Source of the DNA: Candidatus Nomurabacteria bacterium
GTDB lineage: Bacteria; Patescibacteriota; Minisyncoccia; Phycocordibacterales; UBA9973
Direction of reading: 5' to 3'
Assembly (NCBI GenBank): GCA_943356375.1
Contig: CALRET010000001.1
Span: forward strand, 1 to 48,437
Length of the DNA stretch: 48,437 nt
A program made the position numbers and the translations under genes. How positions within the stretch are numbered: position 1 is the stretch's first letter; every line of letters starts with the position of its first letter. The notes below the pieces were generated by a model. That model saw nothing but the letters and a program-made list of their open reading frames with translations, ran no database searches and was not told the DNA's origin. Shown piece by piece: positions 42,904-48,437 of the stretch.

Positions 42904-43524
42904 GAGACATTCCTGACAGTACTCCGAAGACTACTAAAAGCCATATTTGACAAGCTTTTTATATTATTGTATTTTAAAATCACTCATAATCAGCTATGTA
43001 ATTTTTGACCCACTTCACCGTCATAACATACGAGTCCGATATACTAGGTGTTTTGTGTACCATTCCCAAACGAGTGAGTTATGACAAGGGTTAAATGGTA
43101 TATTTATCCACAGGTATGGTTGCGACTTCTGGCTTAGGGAGATATACTTTGATCTGTATATACAGTACTGGTATATTTTTACCCCGTATGCTAGTATATA
43201 CAAGTTTCCTGGCGCTATCGGCTAGGGACGTGCACAGAGCAATCTGTGTGAAGGCATGATCGTTGAAAACTGCATAACAGATGTGTTCGCACATCACATT
43301 AGTGATTTATTGTGCTATCGAAATAAATCACTCAACGATTATTCAGTTTTCTGTCGACATGCCATGTATCGGTCTTGTCGACAAGGCAGGTGCATATTGC
43401 GTGGCAACACGCTATATCCTTTGCTTACAATAATGAACATCGAAATATATTTTGATGTTCTGTGGAAAAAACCGATCAACTGTTTGTTCAATAAAAGGAT
43501 AAATAGTTGATCAAAACATGCGCG

Positions 43525-43530
43525 TATAAT
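43525..43530 (+). promoter_or_regulatory. Candidate -10 box (TATAAT) for the surface-protein gene
   Basis: Perfect TATAAT ~50 nt upstream of the ATG at 43580. The -35 is weak. Confidence 0.3.
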
Positions 43531-43579
43531 TTGTCGAAAATTACCAATGTAAGCGCATTTTAATCACGATAATTTAATT

Positions 43580-45436
43580 ATGACTAAATTTACAAAAATT
43601 TCAGCAGTAATACTCGGTGCAGCTATGACGTTTGGTGGCTTTGCAATTACGCACGCCGCTAACTCAGCATCACCAGCAGTAAACGCTGCATTGCTCGCAG
43701 CTGGTCTTACACAAGCCCAGATCGATGCATTGTTCCCAGTTTCTACTATGACTTCTCTTGATCTTGGTCCAACAACTTTGGAACAAGGTTCAATGGGTCA
43801 GTATGTTAAAAATTTACAAACCTTCCTCGGCATTAATGCTGATGGAAACTTCGGTTCAGGCACAAAGGCTGCAGTTATGGCTAAACAAGCTATGCTCGGT
43901 CTCGTAGCTGATGGAAAAGTTGGTCCTGCTTCAAAAGCGGCTTTCGCTGCTTCAGTAGCACCAGTTACTCCTCCAGCATCTAACGGCGGATCAAATTCAT
44001 CTTCAGAACTTGAAGGTGGAGAAGGAGAAATTTCTGATGCTGACTTTATTTCATCATATAACAATGAAGAAGTTGGTGAAGATACTGAAAATCTAAAAGT
44101 TCTTGGTCTTGAAATTGAGGCCGGTGATGATTCAGATATTGCACTCACAAGCGTGAAGGTTTCTTTCGCGGAACAAGGTGCTGGTGGTTCAGTTGACTTT
44201 GATGATTACGCAGATTCAGTTTCTATCTGGTTCGGTTCAGAAAAAGTTGGTTCAGCTGACGTTGAAGACTTCAACGAAGATAATGATATTTGGTCAAAAT
44301 CAATCTCACTTGACGGTGTAGTTATTGAAGCTGAGGACACAGAAAAATTATATGTTGCAGTTTCTTCTGTAAACAACATTGATTCAGCTGATCTCGGATC
44401 AGCAAACAATGACTGGGATGCTACTGTCACAAGTATTCGTTATGAAGACGGTGATGGAGCTCTCACAACTGACACAACAACAGGAGACATTGGAGTTGCT
44501 CGTGGATTCTTCTTTGACACAGCTCTTTCTGCAAATGATGTAGAATTAACTGTTGATGACATTACTGCTTCACCTGCAGAACAATCAGTTGAAGTTGATG
44601 AAGACGGTGGTGACGAAGCTTCTCTTTTGAAGGGAGAATTCGAAGCTGATGGATCTGATGTCACAGTAACTGAACTCGTTGTTGATATTACTCCAGCGGG
44701 AACAGGAGATGCTTACGATATTGCTTCTGATTACATCCTCATGATTGATGGTGAAGAAGTTGCTTCTGAAAATTCAGATGACTGTACTTCAGGAACATGT
44801 GATGGAACAGGAGCTGCTGTTGAATACACATTCGAAGATTTCGAAGTTACTGTAGCTGATGGTGATACTCTTGAATTTGAAATCAAGGCTGTTCTTAATG
44901 AAATCAGTGCTACATTCGTAGCGGGTGACTCATTGACTGCAAGTGTTGATGCTGATGACCTATCAGCTGAAACAGACTCAGATGATCTTACAACTTCAGA
45001 ACTTAACGGTACTGCAGCTGGTGAGGCTCAGTCATTCTACGAAGATGGATTTTCAGCTATTCTTGACGAGGGTGAATCTGAAGCGGTTGCTGCTGGTCAA
45101 AACCAGGCAGAATTCCTCTTTGTTGTAGATATTACAGCGTATGGAGATGCTGATGTTGATCTTGATGAGACAGATTTCAACGAAACTGTAGTTGGTAATG
45201 GTGTTCTTAACACTGACTATTCATACAGCGTTGAGTTGATCGATGAAGATAGTAACATTGATGAAGATGTTCCAGGAACATTTACTTGGAACGATGAGAC
45301 AGGAACTATTACATTCCGTGTCACAGTAATCACCCTCACTCTAACTGGTGCGGGAGAATACAATGTTACACTTGATGATGTTGATGGACAAGATGTTGAT
45401 GAAGACCTAACAAAGGTAATTAACTTCGTTTCTTAA
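43580..45436 (+). CDS. Secreted, highly acidic surface protein with peptidoglycan-binding (PG_binding_1-like) domain
   Basis: Signal peptide MTKFTKISAVILGAAMTFGGFAITHA. GSMGQYVKNLQTFLGINADGNFGSGTKAAV...ADGKVGPASKAAF matches the PG-binding repeat. The rest is rich in D/E/T/S/G. Confidence 0.6.
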   Translation: MTKFTKISAVILGAAMTFGGFAITHAANSASPAVNAALLAAGLTQAQIDALFPVSTMTSLDLGPTTLEQGSMGQYVKNLQTFLGINADGNFGSGTKAAVMAKQAMLGLVADGKVGPASKAAFAASVAPVTPPASNGGSNSSSELEGGEGEISDADFISSYNNEEVGEDTENLKVLGLEIEAGDDSDIALTSVKVSFAEQGAGGSVDFDDYADSVSIWFGSEKVGSADVEDFNEDNDIWSKSISLDGVVIEAEDTEKLYVAVSSVNNIDSADLGSANNDWDATVTSIRYEDGDGALTTDTTTGDIGVARGFFFDTALSANDVELTVDDITASPAEQSVEVDEDGGDEASLLKGEFEADGSDVTVTELVVDITPAGTGDAYDIASDYILMIDGEEVASENSDDCTSGTCDGTGAAVEYTFEDFEVTVADGDTLEFEIKAVLNEISATFVAGDSLTASVDADDLSAETDSDDLTTSELNGTAAGEAQSFYEDGFSAILDEGESEAVAAGQNQAEFLFVVDITAYGDADVDLDETDFNETVVGNGVLNTDYSYSVELIDEDSNIDEDVPGTFTWNDETGTITFRVTVITLTLTGAGEYNVTLDDVDGQDVDEDLTKVINFVS

Positions 45437-45449
45437 TAAATTATCTAGC

Positions 45450-45470
45450 TAATAAGAACAATTCTTATTA
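45450..45470. repeat. REP-like palindrome, divergent variant
   Basis: TAATAAGAA CAA TTCTTATTA has the same 9-3-9 architecture as TAGCAAGAA CTG TTCTTGCTA, with compensated stem changes. Confidence 0.5.
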
Positions 45471-45518
45471 CTATGATTATTTAGACATAGCTGGTTAATA
45501 CGCCTTAAAAAGTATTCA

Positions 45519-45545
45519 AAAAACACCCGAGAGGGTGTTTTTTGT
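45519..45545 (+). terminator. Intrinsic terminator of the surface-protein gene
   Basis: AAAAACACCC GAGA GGGTGTTTTTT. Confidence 0.7.
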
Positions 45546-45580
45546 TTGTCTTTTTTTCAGGATTAGTGGATTAACAGGAT

Positions 45581-45601
45581 TAGCAAGAACTGTTCTTGCT
45601 A
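45581..45601. repeat. REP-like palindrome
   Basis: TAGCAAGAAC T GTTCTTGCTA. Confidence 0.8.
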
Positions 45602-45631
45602 ACAGACTGAGTTGATATATAATAAAGATAT

Positions 45632-45760
45632 ATGTTTCGAAAAGATCCATTTATAACTGGAGAATACTATCACATCTATAATAGAGGTATTGATAAGAGA
45701 GATATCTTTAAATCCACGTTTGATCACGAAAGGTTTATGATGCTTTTATATGTAGATTAG
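45632..45760 (+). pseudogene. 5' fragment (42 codons) of a RAYT/IS200-like transposase gene, cut off by the next REP module
   Basis: Encodes MFRKDPFITGEYYHIYNRGIDKRDIFKSTFDHERFMMLLYVD*. It is identical to the N-terminus of the next gene until the hairpin starts. Confidence 0.8.
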
Positions 45761-45778
45761 CAAGAACTGTTCTTGCTA
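45758..45778. repeat. REP-like palindrome
   Basis: TAGCAAGAAC T GTTCTTGCTA. Confidence 0.8.
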
Positions 45779-45808
45779 ACAGACTAAGTTGATATATAAT
45801 AAAGACAT

Positions 45809-46414
45809 ATGTTTCGAAAAGACCCATTTATAACTGGAGAATACTATCACATCTACAATAGAGGTATTGATAAGAGAGATATCTTTAAATCCACGTTTGA
45901 TCACGAAAGGTTTATGATGCTTTTATATGTTGCAAATTCTCACGAAGACTTACGACTCGATAATCTGGTTAACCGTCTTCATAAGACATTTCAAGATATC
46001 TTAGTTTTAGATAAAGGAAAACCATTAGTTTCTATTGGTGCATGGTGTCTCATGACCAATCATTTTCACTTACTGGTACGACAAGAAGTCGAAGGTGGAA
46101 TTACAAAATTTATGAGGAAACTAGGGGTTGGGTATTCAATGTATTTCAATATTAAATATCAAAGACAGGGCGCGTTGTTCGGGGGACCATTTAAATCAAA
46201 ACTTATCGGAGTAGATGACGCATATATGCAGTATCTTTTGGGGTATATTCATCTCAATCCACTTGATATAGAGTTCTATCAATGGAAACAGAATCTTGAT
46301 AGACCAACAGAAGAGATGAAGGGATTTTTGGAATCATATAGATATTCAAGTTATCAGGAAGGATTAGCAAGGACGGTCCTTGCTACAGGCTTTATATCTG
46401 ATAAAATAGACTAA
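45809..46414 (+). CDS. REP-associated tyrosine transposase (RAYT)/IS200-like Y1 HUH protein, C-terminus replaced by a REP insertion
   Basis: HUH motif CLMTNHFHLLVRQ. The catalytic Tyr lies in LLGYIHLNPLD. After ...SYRYSSY, the reading frame runs through the hairpin (QEGLARTVLATG...). Confidence 0.75.
   Translation: MFRKDPFITGEYYHIYNRGIDKRDIFKSTFDHERFMMLLYVANSHEDLRLDNLVNRLHKTFQDILVLDKGKPLVSIGAWCLMTNHFHLLVRQEVEGGITKFMRKLGVGYSMYFNIKYQRQGALFGGPFKSKLIGVDDAYMQYLLGYIHLNPLDIEFYQWKQNLDRPTEEMKGFLESYRYSSYQEGLARTVLATGFISDKID
46365..46385. repeat. REP-like palindrome (GGAC variant) inside the 3' end of the first RAYT gene
   Basis: TAGCAAGGAC G GTCCTTGCTA. Confidence 0.8.
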
Positions 46415-47154
46415 TGCTCCGTAAAGATCCATTTATAACTGGTGAATACTATCATATATACAATAGAGGTATCGACAAGCGAGATATCTTTAAATCAAAA
46501 TTTGATCACGAAAGATTTATCATGTTGTTATATGTTGCAAATTCAGATAAACAGTTACGACTTGATAATCTTATAAATCACTCTCATAAAAAATTTGAAG
46601 AAATTCTTGTATTAGATAAAGGTAATCCACTAGTTTCTATTGGTGCATGGTGTCTCATGACTAATCATTTCCACTTACTGATACGACAAGAAGTCGAAGG
46701 CGGAATAACAAAATTCATGAAGAAATTGGGTACAGGATATTCAATGTACTTTAATATTAAATACCAGAGAAAAGGCGCATTATTCGGTGGACTTTTTAAG
46801 TCAAAACTTATTGGTGTTGATGATGGGTACATGCAGTATCTTTTGGGATATATTCACCTTAATCCACTCGATATTCAATTTTCTGGGTGGGATAGTGATG
46901 ATACGGATGGTAATAATGCCGACGAAGATGAGATTATATATGATCAGAAAGATATGAAAATCTTTTTAGAATCATATAGATATTCGAGTTATATGGATTA
47001 TATAAATATAAAAGATCCAAGAGTCGAATCGAAAATTCTTAAACTTGATGTTTTTCCAGAATATTTTAAAGACGGGAAAGCATTTAAGGATTTTGTTGAA
47101 AATTATTTTATTACTGACCCAGAAACAGGGAATGGTTTTAAATTCAAATTCTAA
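46414..47154 (+). CDS. REP-associated tyrosine transposase (RAYT)/IS200-like Y1 HUH protein, full length
   Basis: CLMTNHFHLLIRQ (HUH) and LLGYIHLNPLD (Y1). Very similar by eye to the upstream paralog over the shared region. TAATG overlap with the upstream stop. Confidence 0.8.
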   Translation: MLRKDPFITGEYYHIYNRGIDKRDIFKSKFDHERFIMLLYVANSDKQLRLDNLINHSHKKFEEILVLDKGNPLVSIGAWCLMTNHFHLLIRQEVEGGITKFMKKLGTGYSMYFNIKYQRKGALFGGLFKSKLIGVDDGYMQYLLGYIHLNPLDIQFSGWDSDDTDGNNADEDEIIYDQKDMKIFLESYRYSSYMDYINIKDPRVESKILKLDVFPEYFKDGKAFKDFVENYFITDPETGNGFKFKF

Positions 47155-47157
47155 CTC

Positions 47158-47194
47158 ATAACCTATAGCAAGGACCGTCCTTGCTATAGGTTAT
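47158..47194. repeat. REP-like palindrome (18-bp stem) closing the island
   Basis: ATAACCTATAGCAAGGAC C GTCCTTGCTATAGGTTAT. Confidence 0.85.
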
Positions 47195-47260
47195 TTGACT
47201 AGATAGTTTTGATTTCATTCTAAATATCATATAATTATCTCAGACCAAAATTTCTTTACA

Positions 47261-48437
47261 ATGAAAAAAGTTATCTTTGTTTTATTCAGTATTCTCATAC
47301 TGTATACTAGTCTTTTTGCACAACAAGTCCCGCAGAAATTTTCATATCAGGGAGTGGTTCGAGATGAATCTGGTAATGTATTGGTAAATCAAGACGCAGA
47401 TTTTAGATTTACGATTTCGGGTGATGTGCTTGGTCAACAGATTTTTTATCAAGAGACACAAGCGGTGACTACTAATCAGTTTGGTTTGATCAATGTATTG
47501 ATTGGAAATGGAACCGTTGTAAATGGATTATTTAGCTTAATTCCATGGGGAAATGCACCAATCTATTTTCTCATTGATTTAGATATTGGATCCGGCTTTG
47601 TTTCAATGGGAAATCAAGAGTTGGTTTCTGTTCCATATGCACTGTATGCTTCTTCTGGTTTGCCCGGCCCGACTGGACCTGTTGGAGAAACAGGTTTACC
47701 TGGCTCAACCGGACCTATGGGAATCCAAGGCCCATCTGGTTTTACAGGAGAGATTGGACCCACAGGCCCAACAGGAATTACTGGGCAAGATGGATTATCT
47801 GGTGGTACCGGACCTACCGGTCCAGAAGGTATCCAAGGAAATACTGGAGAAACTGGAATGAATGGCTTACCTGGTCCGACAGGTGTTCAAGGTTCAACTG
47901 GTCCTACAGGTTCAACAAATAGCATCATGCCGATTATTCGGGTATATGAATCAGATACGGTTTGGGTAAAACCAATAGATCTTAAATATGTTATTGTCGA
48001 AGTCTGTGGCGGCGGAGGCGGTGGCGGGTCTTGTGTATGGACTAGTGCTGGTGGTGGAGGAGGTGGAGGTGGTGGGTATGCTAAAAAAATAATATCCACC
48101 GATGATCTCTTGTCTATGGAAACTATAACAATTGGATTAGGCGGTACCGGTGGGTCTCTTGGTAATAATTATCCAGGTTTACCAGGGGACACTTCATTTT
48201 TTGGTAATCATTGTTCTGCTTCTGGTGGTGAGGGTGGCATGGCTGGAGCGATAAATAATGGAACAGGTGCGCTTGGTGGAATCGGGTTAGGTGGTGATGT
48301 TAATATTTCTGGCGGCGGGGGTGGCGCTTGTTCTCGATCAAATGCTGACTCACAAAGCGGTACTGGTGGGAATTCTATGTTAGGTGGTGGAGCCCCAAAC
48401 GCAAAAGGCTATGCGGGTGGTGTTAATGGTGTAAATG
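47261..48437 (+). CDS. Secreted collagen-like (GXY repeat) protein with poly-Gly-punctuated C-terminal domain (3' end runs off the window)
   Basis: Manual translation from the ATG at 47261 is open to the window end. Signal peptide MKKVIFVLFSILILYTSLFA. ~28 uninterrupted G-X-Y triplets (GLPGPTGPVGETGLPGSTGPMG...). Then VIVEVCGGGGGGGS...AGGGGGGGGGYAKK... and Gly-rich beta-like repeats. Confidence 0.7.
   Translation, partial: MKKVIFVLFSILILYTSLFAQQVPQKFSYQGVVRDESGNVLVNQDADFRFTISGDVLGQQIFYQETQAVTTNQFGLINVLIGNGTVVNGLFSLIPWGNAPIYFLIDLDIGSGFVSMGNQELVSVPYALYASSGLPGPTGPVGETGLPGSTGPMGIQGPSGFTGEIGPTGPTGITGQDGLSGGTGPTGPEGIQGNTGETGMNGLPGPTGVQGSTGPTGSTNSIMPIIRVYESDTVWVKPIDLKYVIVEVCGGGGGGGSCVWTSAGGGGGGGGGYAKKIISTDDLLSMETITIGLGGTGGSLGNNYPGLPGDTSFFGNHCSASGGEGGMAGAINNGTGALGGIGLGGDVNISGGGGGACSRSNADSQSGTGGNSMLGGGAPNAKGYAGGVNGVN

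Larger units (their letters stand above)
45578..47194 (+). mobile_element. REP/RAYT (IS200-like Y1 transposase) island: three tandem [hairpin-leader-gene] modules, the first two truncated
   Basis: Hairpins at 45581-45601, 45758-45778, 46365-46385 and 47158-47194. A 177-nt direct repeat (45579-45755 vs 45756-45932) is almost identical. Two HUH/Y1 ORFs plus one 42-codon fragment. Confidence 0.75.

Noticed and set aside
42904-43579. Chromosomal origin of replication (oriC)
   Set aside because: There is only one perfect and one near DnaA box. No dnaA, dnaN or gidA-type neighbours are present and no clear AT-rich 13-mer unwinding element. GC skew cannot be computed here, so the region is kept only as an unexplained non-coding region.
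47586-48099. ORFs 47586-47861 (plus) and 47887-48099 (minus, poly-Pro)
   Set aside because: They are alternative-frame and antisense readings of the GXY and poly-Gly (GGN) repeats of the real 47261-onward gene. Their composition (poly-Pro from CCN) is a repeat artefact.

Overview
AT-rich bacterial chromosomal segment. Weak or absent Shine-Dalgarno sequences, many short orphan genes and a stand-alone four-helix-bundle gene suggest a reduced-genome uncultivated lineage such as Patescibacteria/CPR, but that assignment is inference only. Housekeeping genes dominate: nusG-rplK, argS, ileS behind a T-box leader, glyQS, metG, recO, recA, ftsK, efp, rpsF-ssb-rpsR, a holA-like gene, tRNA-Lys(UUU), and a DsbB-like/thioredoxin-like pair. 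The unusual content is: (1) a pyrimidine deoxynucleotide cluster (long dCTP-deaminase-like, long ThyX-like, NT5C-type deoxyribonucleotidase, deoxyribosyltransferase-like::Tmk fusion), interrupted by two tandem paralogs with DnaA-domain-IV-like C-termini; (2) an IleRS carrying a ~190-aa insertion with an apparently intact histidine-phosphatase domain, translationally coupled to EEP, GATase and serine-hydrolase genes; (3) a G+C-rich, hairpin-dense repeat block abutting tRNA-Lys, with compensatory stem changes between copies; (4) a REP-like palindrome family with a tandem array of Y1 HUH (RAYT/IS200-like) genes; (5) at least 14 dispersed arrays of 4-5 degenerate heptamers in fixed CT phase, including a (CCCTAAA)n-type array before recO; (6) two promoter- and terminator-bounded minus-strand candidate sRNAs; (7) a 3'-truncated collagen-like/poly-Gly secreted protein. 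I saw no rRNA, CRISPR array, cas gene or integrase. All protein calls come from motif recognition by eye; no database search, folding or statistics could be run.
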